A DNA stretch of 33,827 nucleotides from an uncultured Bacteriovoracaceae bacterium (GTDB lineage: Bacteria > Bdellovibrionota > UBA2428): contig CAZIFW010000026.1 of the NCBI GenBank assembly GCA_964538275.1, positions 1 through 33,827 of the forward strand, written 5' to 3'. This document shows, in pieces, positions 7,752 to 16,419 of the stretch. A model generated the notes under the pieces. That model saw only the letters and a list, made by a program, of their open reading frames with translations. It was not told where the DNA came from and did no database searches. The number at the start of each line of letters is the position of its first letter. Within the stretch, counting starts at the first letter, position 1. The translations under genes and the position numbers were made by a program.

Positions 7752-9092
7752 GTGGATCGGTGCATCGCTAGAAATCTTTTTTGCTTTCTAATTTATGTCT
7801 TGTTTTTTTCAAGCCCATTAGATGCACAAAGTAAGTTATTTAATTCTAAAACTTTAAAAGAGCTGAATGCAAAATTAGAAAAAGAATCTTTTTTAGGTGT
7901 TGCTGGAGCTCGCTATGAATCATCAATTTGGTCCGGGGTGGCGGCTGTAGAAACGAGAGCCTACCCTTGGTCTAAAAGTTGGTGGCGAAAAATTGATTTA
8001 AAGTGGCCAAAGGATCGAGCAGAAAATCCTTATTACCCAGGCACGGTTCCAGCGTATTACTATGAAGGCTCTGGAGACGAGTTACTTCTTATCTTTGGAA
8101 CAAGTTTTGGAACCGTAGGAAGAGGAACATGGTACCGAAAGTTTTTAAAAATTATTCGAGAAAGCCATCCCAATTCTTCAGTCCTAATTTTTCCGGGTTA
8201 TCTTTCAAAAGAAAATTTATTAGATGCTAAACCCTATTTTGCAGATTCAGGCGTTCGTTTTGTTTCCCGGGATATTTTAATACGAATTGAAAATTTTCTT
8301 TCTCAGAAAGCACTCTTAGGAAAACAGTATCGAAAAGTGGGGAGTGTAGGACTTTCAGGTGGCGCATCTTTGGTGCTTAGAATGTTACACTTCAATCGAT
8401 TCTTAAGTCGTGAGTCTGGTTGGTATCCCTATCTTTTAAATTGGGGCAATCTGGCTTTGAGTCCTGTTATGAGTGCATCAGCAGCGGCGGATGTATTGGA
8501 TGCGCAGGCGGATTATTTAGAAGCGCAAAAAAGAGTGAATTCTCACTTTGATATTGAAGATTGGTTTGTGCGCAAAGTCTTGGGGGGCTTGTTACCTTGG
8601 AATAAAAAGCTCACCACAGAGTATATGTTGGAACTTACGCGAGAGCCCGAGCGACCTGTATATCAAGAGTTACAAGGCTTAGTGGCGTATTCTGTGATTC
8701 ATGAGTTGGCGCAGTTTACTCGTCTGCAAAGTCCAGAATACAAAGGTCGTTTAAGATATAAGGATTATTACGAAGATTTTGCTCATCCCCGCCTGAAGCA
8801 AATTTTAGGCAATTCTTTCAATATGAGCTTTGAAGAGTATTCTTCTTTTTATGATTCTGCTCGATCGACTCGTGGGCCTTTGCGTTTAGTTTTTGCCGAG
8901 GACGATCCCATTCTTTCAGTGCGAGGGGTGCTTGCCCCCGAAGAAAGAGGACATCCTAAGGTTCTCAGGGTTTTACAAGCCTATAAGGAGAATCCTGCGG
9001 CTAGGGTGGATTTACTGCGATTTGGGGGTCATTTGGCCTACTTGGTAGATAATGATTATGTGGGTAGCTTGTTCCGAGAGACCTTCCGCTAA
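7752..9092 (+). CDS. Secreted protein with a serine-hydrolase-like GxSxG motif (alpha/beta-hydrolase-like).
   Basis: GTG start. A signal peptide is present (ARNLFCFLIYVLFFSSPLDA|QS). The motif VGLSGGAS resembles a nucleophile elbow. I recognise no named family. Confidence 0.4.
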   Translation: MDRCIARNLFCFLIYVLFFSSPLDAQSKLFNSKTLKELNAKLEKESFLGVAGARYESSIWSGVAAVETRAYPWSKSWWRKIDLKWPKDRAENPYYPGTVPAYYYEGSGDELLLIFGTSFGTVGRGTWYRKFLKIIRESHPNSSVLIFPGYLSKENLLDAKPYFADSGVRFVSRDILIRIENFLSQKALLGKQYRKVGSVGLSGGASLVLRMLHFNRFLSRESGWYPYLLNWGNLALSPVMSASAAADVLDAQADYLEAQKRVNSHFDIEDWFVRKVLGGLLPWNKKLTTEYMLELTREPERPVYQELQGLVAYSVIHELAQFTRLQSPEYKGRLRYKDYYEDFAHPRLKQILGNSFNMSFEEYSSFYDSARSTRGPLRLVFAEDDPILSVRGVLAPEERGHPKVLRVLQAYKENPAARVDLLRFGGHLAYLVDNDYVGSLFRETFR

Positions 9093-9209
9093 AAGTATCC
9101 TCCAGTTTTGTTCTCAGCCGCTCATGGAGCTCGCCTGGCCACATATATTATTTTACTTCATCTCTAGGCTTGAGATATTTCAAAACATGGAGCATAGTAG
9201 CTCCCCTAT

Positions 9210-9461
9210 ATGGTCGTAATTCGTTTAGCACCCGGAGGCAAAAAACATAACCCTGTATATCGCATTCACGTTGCGGATAAAGGCGCGAAACTCTGTGGTC
9301 GTTTCTTAGAGAAACTTGGAACTTATAAGCCTGGAAAATCAGGTTTTTTCACAATCAATGAAGAGCGTTATACGCATTGGGTATCTAAGGGCGCTCAGCC
9401 TTCTGAAACTCTTGCGAAGCTCTTAAAAGACAGCAAAAAAGCCGCAGCAAAAACTGCGTAA
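9210..9461 (+). CDS. rpsP: 30S ribosomal protein S16.
   Basis: MVVIRLAPGGKKHNPVYRIHVAD...RFLEKLGTYKP...HWVSKGAQPSETL matches the S16 consensus. Confidence 0.9.
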   Translation: MVVIRLAPGGKKHNPVYRIHVADKGAKLCGRFLEKLGTYKPGKSGFFTINEERYTHWVSKGAQPSETLAKLLKDSKKAAAKTA

Positions 9462-9485
9462 TTTTTTGCGAAGCTCTTAAGCTCA

Positions 9486-10025
9486 TTGGAAAATAGAGAT
9501 CCTAGTCTTCAAAATTCAAAGCTGATTGCACTTGCGCGTCTCATAAAGCGACATACATTCAAGGGTAATAAATGGAAAGCAGTCGCTCACTCTGGCTTGG
9601 CTGCTCCTTGGTTTAAAAACATCAAAAGTATTTATCTAGAAAACAAAGCGGTAGATGTAAGAGTGGAGGTTCCACTCAGTCATACGTCTGAGTTTTTTGT
9701 GAATTTTCCAGAAGGCTTTGAGCCGCCCGCAAAAGCTGATTTTTACATTGAACGCGCCTTATTTCCTAAATTGGATGGAGCAGATTTTTATATTTGCGAT
9801 TTGATGGGAGCCGAAGTGAAAACTTCAGTGGGTCCTTTTAGGGTTGTGGCCTATTTTGAAAATGGCGATCCTTCGAAGGGTGCGACAGCTATCAATTTAT
9901 TGCTTGAATCTGTAGAAGGTGATGATTCTAAAAAACTAGCTGTTGAAGTTCCTCTTCCACTCTTAAAAAGAGAGATGGATACTTGGATCGTTGAAGATAT
10001 AGAACTTTGGTTGGATCATGAATAA
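9486..10025 (+). CDS. rimM: 16S rRNA processing protein RimM.
   Basis: It sits between rpsP and trmD. The PRC-barrel-like C-terminus (DFYICDLMGAEVKTSVGPFRVVAYFENGD) is present. The start is probably TTG. Confidence 0.75.
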   Translation: MENRDPSLQNSKLIALARLIKRHTFKGNKWKAVAHSGLAAPWFKNIKSIYLENKAVDVRVEVPLSHTSEFFVNFPEGFEPPAKADFYIERALFPKLDGADFYICDLMGAEVKTSVGPFRVVAYFENGDPSKGATAINLLLESVEGDDSKKLAVEVPLPLLKREMDTWIVEDIELWLDHE

Positions 10026-10908
10026 AATCGAAATTCTCACTCTATTTCCCGAGCCCGTTCAGAGTGTTTTGGATTCTTCCATACTTCGTCGAGCTCAAGC
10101 CAAGGGTATTGTAGAATTGCATGCAAAAGATTTGCGCGCATTTGGTGTTACTAAACATCGCAACGTAGACGACACTCCATTTGGGGGTGGGCCAGGTATG
10201 TTGATTCGCGCCGATGTACTCGAAGCTGCTATTCTTGATAGTTGTGAAAAAGCTGGCGGCCGCGAAAATGTGAAAGTTATTTATGCTTCCCCTCGAGGAG
10301 TGGAAATTGCCCAAGGTCTTTGCCAAAGCTTTGCAGATTGGTTGGTACAGGGGACCCCCTCTTTAGGTCATCTTGACCTAAAAGAAGGTCCTCCCCAACC
10401 GGAGCTAACTGTAAGACCTCCGGTCTTAACAAACCCCAAAGAGGGGGGTCCCTCTTTGGGGACCCGACACTTGGTTTTTGTGTGCGGACGTTACGAAGGA
10501 ATTGATGAGCGCTTTCTGGAGAAGTGGGTGGATTTTGAGTTTAGTCTTGGAGATTTCATTCTTACTGGCGGCGAACTGCCTTCCTTGGCCTTTGTAGATG
10601 GGATTGTGCGCCTTTTACCTGGGGTGCTGGGTGATGAGCGCTCCTCGCGCCAGGAGAGCTTTACCCATGGTTTATTGGAGCATCCTCAATACACAAAGCC
10701 TCGTGAGCTCAATGGGGTTTCAGCCCCTGAGCTTTTACTTGAGGGGCATCATCTCAAAATGGAAGAATGGAAGTTAAGGGCTAGCTTAGCGCTTACTTTT
10801 GCATTTAGGCCGGATTTGATTCGGGCTCATAAGGGTGAGGGTTTTCCCAAATGGGCTTTAGCTCTTTTGGCTGAGCTTCAAAAGCGCCTCCAGAACCGCG
10901 GCGTTTAG
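10018..10908 (+). CDS. trmD: tRNA (guanine37-N1)-methyltransferase TrmD, carrying a ~41-aa in-frame insertion.
   Basis: LTLFPE, FGGGPGM, VCGRYEGIDERF and LTGGELP motifs are present. It overlaps rimM by 8 nt. It is 296 aa against ~250 aa for the typical protein. Confidence 0.9.
   Translation: MNKIEILTLFPEPVQSVLDSSILRRAQAKGIVELHAKDLRAFGVTKHRNVDDTPFGGGPGMLIRADVLEAAILDSCEKAGGRENVKVIYASPRGVEIAQGLCQSFADWLVQGTPSLGHLDLKEGPPQPELTVRPPVLTNPKEGGPSLGTRHLVFVCGRYEGIDERFLEKWVDFEFSLGDFILTGGELPSLAFVDGIVRLLPGVLGDERSSRQESFTHGLLEHPQYTKPRELNGVSAPELLLEGHHLKMEEWKLRASLALTFAFRPDLIRAHKGEGFPKWALALLAELQKRLQNRGV
10350..10466. repeat. GC-rich compound palindromic element inserted in-frame inside trmD.
   Basis: GGGGACCCCCTCTTT (10351-65) faces AAAGAGGGGGGTCCC (10438-52) as an inverted repeat. 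Nested hairpins sit between them: TAGGTCA-TCT-TGACCTA, CCGGAG...CTCCGG and AGACC-TCC-GGTCT. A further GGGTCCC-TCTTTG-GGGACCC hairpin follows. The element is far more GC-rich than its surroundings. Confidence 0.55.
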
Positions 10909-11003
10909 CGAAAGCTTAAATCCCGATATCTTAAAGATTTTTTAGGTTTAGAGGACTTGCGATACTTGACCCGCTCTGAAACTAAGGATTAAATGCCAGA
11001 GCT

Positions 11004-11438
11004 ATGCAAAGTCTTGATAACGTTAACGCCGCATTCAATAAAAACAAAGAACTTCCGCCTTTCAAGGCTGGAGATAAAGTTGTCGTAAAGTCTAAAATCA
11101 AAGAGGGCGACAAAGAGCGTGTTCAAGCTTTTGAAGGCGTTGTGATTTCTCGTCAGGGTCGTGGCGTAAGCGCTACCTTCACTGTAAGAAAAGTTTCTGC
11201 AGGCGTAGGCGTAGAAAGAATTTATCCTTTAAACTCTCCCAACATTGTGTCTGTAGAGCGCAAAGTTGAAGGTTTCGTTCGCCGCGCTAAACTTTACTAC
11301 ATCCGTGATCTCGATGGTAAAGCAGCTCGTATTCAAGATAAGAACATTCGCTTGATGGAAAACAAAGGCGCAACAGCTGCAAGTGCTGAAGCTAAAGCGG
11401 CAAAAAAAGCTAAAAAAGAAGAAACTGCTGCTGAGTAG
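11004..11438 (+). CDS. rplS: 50S ribosomal protein L19 with a Lys/Ala-rich C-terminal tail.
   Basis: FKAGDKVVV...[31 protein letters not shown]...SP matches the L19 consensus. The C-terminus has an extra [15 protein letters not shown] tail. Confidence 0.9.
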   Translation: MQSLDNVNAAFNKNKELPPFKAGDKVVVKSKIKEGDKERVQAFEGVVISRQGRGVSATFTVRKVSAGVGVERIYPLNSPNIVSVERKVEGFVRRAKLYYIRDLDGKAARIQDKNIRLMENKGATAASAEAKAAKKAKKEETAAE

Positions 11439-11466
11439 TTCTTCAAGTCTAAATTGAGTTAAAGAA

Positions 11467-11509
11467 AAGGGTGCTAGCCATTTAAGGCTGGTACCCTTTT
11501 TTGTTTTTA
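11467..11509 (+). terminator. Rho-independent terminator after rplS.
   Basis: GGGTGCTAGCC-ATTTA-AGGCTGGTACCC forms a stem with two mismatches, followed by TTTTTTGTTTTT. Confidence 0.5.
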
Positions 11510-11555
11510 AGACATTCTGAGGAATTCTTTTCCCGCTGCTCTGCGCTGATGAATA

Positions 11556-12311
11556 TTGCTTTGCAGATTGTTGCGCACTCTTTGCCTAGATAGTTTTTCT
11601 TTTGTGGCTCTCGCTAAAAAAAGTCCTTTAACTGCTCTTTCAGATGCGCAGTTTTTAAAAAAAACTTCGGGCTGGATCGTAGGTTTGGATGAAGTGGGTG
11701 CTGGTTGTCTCTCGGGGCCTTTATGTGTGGCGGCTTTTGCGTTTCCAGTGGCGCATGCGGCCAATATAAATTTTCCAGTTCGTATAACGGATTCAAAAAA
11801 GCTCACTCCTGAAAAAAGAGTGGAAGCCGCAGAACTTTTAAAAGTCGTACCTGAGTGTTTTTACAAACTTTTGTGGCTCGATGTTGCTGAGATTGAAACT
11901 ATAAACATTTACTGGGCGCGAATGAAAGCTTTTTGGACTCTCATCCTAGAACTCGATGAGAAGTTTTCGAGTGAGGCTTTCTATTTTGTGGACGGGCCGA
12001 AATTGGGAATAAAACACGGAGTTACTCCTGCTGTTGATGCTCTTGAAATGATGGAAATTGAAAAAAGAATTTTAGCTCAATCCAAAGCAGATTCTAGTTT
12101 TTTTGCTGTGGCTGCTGCCTCTATTCTTGCCAAGGTAGCGCGCGATCAGCTGATTTCAGAAATGGCCTCAGAGTTTCCGCACTACAACTGGGAAAAAAAT
12201 AAAGGTTATGCAACACCAGATCACATTGAAGCCATTCGCTTGCACGGAATTTGCGAGCATCACCGTAAAACATTTTGTGGCAATTTTATTGGAGCTCAAG
12301 CTGAATTATGA
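11556..12311 (+). CDS. rnhB: Ribonuclease HII.
   Basis: The motif GLDEVGAGCLSGPLCVAAF matches the RNase HII catalytic N-terminal motif GxDEAGRGxLxGP. The true start is probably internal, e.g. the GTG near 11604, because the upstream part of the ORF has no homology-like features. Confidence 0.8.
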   Translation: MLCRLLRTLCLDSFSFVALAKKSPLTALSDAQFLKKTSGWIVGLDEVGAGCLSGPLCVAAFAFPVAHAANINFPVRITDSKKLTPEKRVEAAELLKVVPECFYKLLWLDVAEIETINIYWARMKAFWTLILELDEKFSSEAFYFVDGPKLGIKHGVTPAVDALEMMEIEKRILAQSKADSSFFAVAAASILAKVARDQLISEMASEFPHYNWEKNKGYATPDHIEAIRLHGICEHHRKTFCGNFIGAQAEL

Positions 12312-13447
12312 GACTTTCTCCCGTTGACCATGTCTTTACGGGAGCTGGAGCTTACCCGATTAACTTTTTATTTTTTTTTGAATCTTTAATTGATGAGCAC
12401 AAACTAAAAGCTTCTTTAGAGAAAACTTTGCAGTTTTTTTCTCCCGTCGGATCGCATTTAAAAAAGATGTCGGATGAAACTCTGGAATTCGATCAAAATT
12501 TTAAATTTGGTTGGAACGTTCAAGAAACTTTAACAGCTCCAGATATGTCTAATCTTAAAGATCTGCAGCGATATTTTAAAAGTGCCAAAAGTACAGTGGG
12601 TGAAAATCTATTAGAGGTGACGTTGAGTCACTTTCAAGGTCGTTCTGCTTTAGGGGTCAGTCTTTCTCATTGTGTAGTAGATGGTTATAGCTACTTTATG
12701 TTTTTAACCTCGTGGTCAAAAGCGATGAGGAATTTAGACTTTCATAAGCCTGATTTAGATCGCTTAAAATTAGTTCCTTTGGAAAAAGCTCCCTTCAATG
12801 AAGCTTCGGTATTTGAGGCAACGGGTTTTGCGTATTCGCAGCAAGCGCGTCCCGATGATTTAAATGATATTCGCTGGGAGCTTATTGATTACAGCGAAGA
12901 AGACCTTAAAAAGTTGTATTCAAATACGACGGCTCAAAGTGCACTTAGGCTTTCGATGAATGATGTTTTGTGTGCAGATCTTTGGAAGAAACTTGCGCGC
13001 AAATATCAAAAGTCCGGTGAAGAACTTACTTTGGCCTGTGCTTTTGATTACAGGCGGGTTTATCCAAAAATTGGACCTCTCTATTTTGGCAATGCAGTCA
13101 GGGGTGCTTCTTTTAAACTTAGTTATGATGAATTGATGAGCTCTACTAATGCACTTATTGCCGAAAAAATTGGAGGCGCAGTGCGATCTATCAATGAGGA
13201 AAAAGCTCTGGCTTCACTCCAGTACCTTGAATCTCTGCGTAATAAAAAAGGACTGGAATCCATGACTCATTTTCATGTAGCAGATCCTCAAACGGGTTTT
13301 TTAATGACAAATCTTTCACGCTTACCTTTGTTGGAACTTGATTTTGGCGCAGGCGCGCCAGTAGATTTTAGAATATTAACTCCTGCGAGAAGAACGGCTG
13401 TTATTCTGCCCCTCGCAAACGGTTTAAGAATTCAAATTGCTCATTAG
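12308..13447 (+). CDS. HxxxDG-motif acyltransferase of the wax-ester-synthase / condensation-domain superfamily (WS/DGAT-like).
   Basis: The N-terminus MRLSPVDHVF resembles the WS/DGAT start (M.PLSPxDxxF). A catalytic-type motif SHCVVDG (HxxxDG) is present. Its ATG overlaps the rnhB stop as ATGA, implying translational coupling. At 379 aa it is shorter than classical WS/DGAT. Confidence 0.5.
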   Translation: MRLSPVDHVFTGAGAYPINFLFFFESLIDEHKLKASLEKTLQFFSPVGSHLKKMSDETLEFDQNFKFGWNVQETLTAPDMSNLKDLQRYFKSAKSTVGENLLEVTLSHFQGRSALGVSLSHCVVDGYSYFMFLTSWSKAMRNLDFHKPDLDRLKLVPLEKAPFNEASVFEATGFAYSQQARPDDLNDIRWELIDYSEEDLKKLYSNTTAQSALRLSMNDVLCADLWKKLARKYQKSGEELTLACAFDYRRVYPKIGPLYFGNAVRGASFKLSYDELMSSTNALIAEKIGGAVRSINEEKALASLQYLESLRNKKGLESMTHFHVADPQTGFLMTNLSRLPLLELDFGAGAPVDFRILTPARRTAVILPLANGLRIQIAH

Positions 13448-13515
13448 AGTCCGCAAAAAAATATTGTCTTTTAGAATTTCAAATGACTTGGCCTCAATAT
13501 TGCTAGTCCAAGTGT

Positions 13516-13863
13516 ATGAGGCATCAAAGAATATACAAAGGTCTTGCTGGAGAGGAGCGGGCTGCCCAATACCTCGTAGACAATGGCTACGAGGTATTGG
13601 CGCATGATTGGAAGCATCCGGAATTTAGGATTCAAATTGATTTAGTCGTTCGTCGTTCGGGACGAGCCTATATTGTAGAGGTTAAAAATCATAAATGGTC
13701 GGGCAGTGGTTTTGAGCGATTGATGAGCTGGAAACAACGCGAGCGTTTGGTGCAATTAGCTCGTAAATTAAACGATAAAAAGTTTGCTTCAACCCGTTGG
13801 GGTTTTCTTTGGGTTTGGGTCAGTGGACGTAGTTGTCAGGTTCTTGAATCGCACGAATTTTAA
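13516..13863 (+). CDS. yraN: UPF0102 / YraN-family endonuclease-like protein.
   Basis: GEERAAQYLVDNGYEVLAHDWKHPEFRIQIDLVVRRSGRAYIVEVKNHKW matches the YraN (PD-(D/E)xK-like) family. It sits in the typical position downstream of rnhB. Confidence 0.75.
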   Translation: MRHQRIYKGLAGEERAAQYLVDNGYEVLAHDWKHPEFRIQIDLVVRRSGRAYIVEVKNHKWSGSGFERLMSWKQRERLVQLARKLNDKKFASTRWGFLWVWVSGRSCQVLESHEF

Positions 13864-13985
13864 CGTTTCATCATTATTAAGAAATGTAAAACTTTTAATC
13901 AGTGCTAAAAGTTTTGATAAGTAAATCACTCAAATAAAAGCTTTCAATGCCCAGTAAATTTCAAGGCAATCTTTAGAATTTAGTT

Positions 13986-14873
13986 ATGAGAAAAAAATTA
14001 TTAAACGGAAGTCTATTAACATTCGCTTTAGTCGCTTCTCCGAGCTTGCGCGCTGAAGAGTCAATGGTTGATAAAGGTCAAAGAAAATTTAATAGCGCAG
14101 TGGATTCGGCTCAGAATGCAGTTGAATCGGGCGTAAACAACGTAAAAACTTTGTATAATAAAGTTCACAATCTTAAAATGCCTGAAGTAGAAATGAGCTC
14201 TGAGGGAGAGCGTCTACTTATGGGTGGAGCACCTGTAGGTGAAGGCAGTGGATCACTCAAGGCATGGGAAGCAGAAACAAAGGCAGTTGTTAAAGCAGGA
14301 TTTTCACTCAAGCTTGCTTTGCTTCTTTACGGTAGAGACAATGCTGACGCTAAGTCACTTTTAAAAATGAATGAACAACTTATGGCTCTTGAAGCAGATC
14401 GATTGAAGCTTGCGGGAACTGTAGATCAGCTTGGTGATCTTGAAACTAAAGTCATGTTCGATTCTGAGTTAAAGCAATATGTTCCTAAAGTTGAAGGTCT
14501 AGATAAAGCAGAACTTGCTAAGTTGAAGCAAATAAACGAAGTAGGTGAAAAATTTAGAAGTATTGAAGCAAGAAAAGTAGATTTAATTGCATCGATTTCT
14601 CAGAAAACGGAAACACTTCAAGTGAAGCTGCAAAATAATCGTATCTGGGCGCTTAAGGGAAGCATAGGCCCTGATGGTAACCTTACTCCAGCTGGTCTTG
14701 AAATTATTAAGTCTAACGGTGCACGCTGGTCGAAAGCCTTTGGTGGCTTAGGCGTTGCGATGACTACTTTAGAATTAGGCGTTGATACCTTCAACGTATT
14801 TCAAAACAAAGAAAGTCCTGGCTTAATTCCTATGCAGTCGACTGTAGAATTAGTGAAAGCACAAGTTAAGTAA
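13986..14873 (+). CDS. Hypothetical secreted protein (295 aa) with predicted coiled-coil.
   Basis: A signal peptide is present (MRKKLLNGSLLTFALVASPSLRA|EES). It has no recognisable family motif. Confidence 0.5.
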   Translation: MRKKLLNGSLLTFALVASPSLRAEESMVDKGQRKFNSAVDSAQNAVESGVNNVKTLYNKVHNLKMPEVEMSSEGERLLMGGAPVGEGSGSLKAWEAETKAVVKAGFSLKLALLLYGRDNADAKSLLKMNEQLMALEADRLKLAGTVDQLGDLETKVMFDSELKQYVPKVEGLDKAELAKLKQINEVGEKFRSIEARKVDLIASISQKTETLQVKLQNNRIWALKGSIGPDGNLTPAGLEIIKSNGARWSKAFGGLGVAMTTLELGVDTFNVFQNKESPGLIPMQSTVELVKAQVK

Positions 14874-14903
14874 AGGTTTTCGAAAAGAAAGTTAGGGGGT
14901 CGC

Positions 14904-16268
14904 TTGAGAAAAAATCTTAAAAGATTTTCTCTTGAGCGGCCTCTTCTGTTTTTTGTCTGTATATTTCTTTTTGTTGGCTCTATTGAAGCAAAAAGTTGTC
15001 TTAGTAAATTGAATTGCAGTTCTGCGTTTAACGATGCATGTATTTATACCTATGTGAAAGCAAATCAGTTGTTGAATACGCGCCTTGCTATAGAGCTCAC
15101 TACATTAACAAGAGAAAGTGCGCCAGCGTCGGGTGGGTGGGGTTCCAAGCCACACGTCTCGGGATTGGGAACAAGTTATCAACCCGGCACGGGTGCCCTT
15201 GCGCAAAGTATCCCTATTTTTCGACGTTTTGTAGAAAGAAACAATGGACGATGGACTCCGTTTACTTGGAAAAGCAAAGACGGCACTCGTTTTGACTTCG
15301 ATCCCATTCAGGGAATCTATCAAAAAATCCAGCATCGAATGAATCCAGAAAAGCCTCGTGAATTTACAATGCTTGCTTCCATACTGAATCCCATAGATGG
15401 AACGCGTTTGAGTCTTTATACTCTTACGGCCGCAGTTTTAGGTGGTTCTAGAATGTTAATCGAACACCAAGACGAAGAATCACTTGAGGAGGCTCTTGAT
15501 TGGTATCCTTTCTTAGAGGGAATGAAGCAAGAGCGTGAAAAGCTAGAAAAAGTTTTTGGCGATACAAAAAAATTCAAAAGCTTGGAAGCTGAAATTATAA
15601 AAGACGTTGCGCTTTCGCCTTCGCAATATGATGAAATGATGAGGCCGTATGAAGGCGTTGAGCCAGATTATTCTGCTCTTGCGATAAAATTAGAAAAAGA
15701 ACTTTCCCTGTTAGATTTAAAGGATTTGACCATTTACGAAAAACAATTTGCGCAAATGGCCTATCTCTTAAAAGTAGATAGCGTGTCTCTGGGACTCAAC
15801 CTGAGAGAAAAGAAGGCCTTGGAGCTTCTTCGCTTTGGAATGAGTCGACCTTCGTTTTTCAAACTTAAAAGTATACTTTTTAGCGATGTCTTAACTTACA
15901 AAAAGGCAGGATTTGCGCTCGATAGCAGCGCCGCTTTAGGAGCTGCATCGGCGAATTGGTCGAAGGGTGAGTCCTATCTCCCTAGTTTCGCAGATGCAGC
16001 GGTTTTATCTTTGCTGGGTGAAACTACAAAGGACTTGGTTGAAAAAAATAGAGCTATTCTTCAAGTAAACTCTGAATCAGGACAACAAAGAACGCGAGCA
16101 GCTTGGATTGCTCTTAAAAAAATAGAACTAGATTTTGAGCGACGAAGTTTCGAAAAAATGGGACTTGTTCCTATCATACGAGATAAAGCCAGCGGTGAAC
16201 TTAGGCCCCTTAGTGATGAAGAACACGACGAGATAGAAGCACAAGCTTTGCTCAAAGCACCCCACTAA
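14904..16268 (+). CDS. Hypothetical secreted protein (454 aa).
   Basis: TTG start preceded by AGGGGGT. A signal peptide is present (LLFFVCIFLFVGSIEA|KS). A Cys pair near the N-terminus is reminiscent of the LprI/DUF1311 family, but the match is weak. Confidence 0.45.
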   Translation: MRKNLKRFSLERPLLFFVCIFLFVGSIEAKSCLSKLNCSSAFNDACIYTYVKANQLLNTRLAIELTTLTRESAPASGGWGSKPHVSGLGTSYQPGTGALAQSIPIFRRFVERNNGRWTPFTWKSKDGTRFDFDPIQGIYQKIQHRMNPEKPREFTMLASILNPIDGTRLSLYTLTAAVLGGSRMLIEHQDEESLEEALDWYPFLEGMKQEREKLEKVFGDTKKFKSLEAEIIKDVALSPSQYDEMMRPYEGVEPDYSALAIKLEKELSLLDLKDLTIYEKQFAQMAYLLKVDSVSLGLNLREKKALELLRFGMSRPSFFKLKSILFSDVLTYKKAGFALDSSAALGAASANWSKGESYLPSFADAAVLSLLGETTKDLVEKNRAILQVNSESGQQRTRAAWIALKKIELDFERRSFEKMGLVPIIRDKASGELRPLSDEEHDEIEAQALLKAPH

Positions 16269-16419
16269 GTAATTCTCTAATATAGACTACGGCATGAATT
16301 TGTCGCTTTATTAAGAGCGTCTAGTTTTTAGACGTAACTTTTAATGAAATTGAGCTTTGTCGCTTCTTATTAACACAATCTTAATCATAGCTTTTCAAAA
16401 ACCCGTCGATAATTAAGGC

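Noticed and set aside
10339-10468. Mini-intein or programmed frameshift in trmD.
   Set aside because: The insert is only ~41 aa, far too short for an intein, and lacks Cys/Ser...HN splice junction residues. The frame is continuous.
11507-11806. 99-aa and 60-aa minus-strand ORFs overlapping the rnhB 5' region.
   Set aside because: They overlap the RNase HII catalytic N-terminus on the other strand. The rnhB start is ambiguous, but these antisense frames have no signals.
13888-13915. AAAACTTTT-(10)-AAAAGTTTT inverted repeat after yraN as a terminator.
   Set aside because: The stem is entirely A/T with no following T-run. It is probably too weak to call, though it may still pause transcription.
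14896-14903. AGGGGGTC upstream of the 454-aa gene as another copy of the trmD GC-rich element.
   Set aside because: Only 7-8 nt are shared, and it functions as an SD. Its resemblance to the trmD insert is coincidental.
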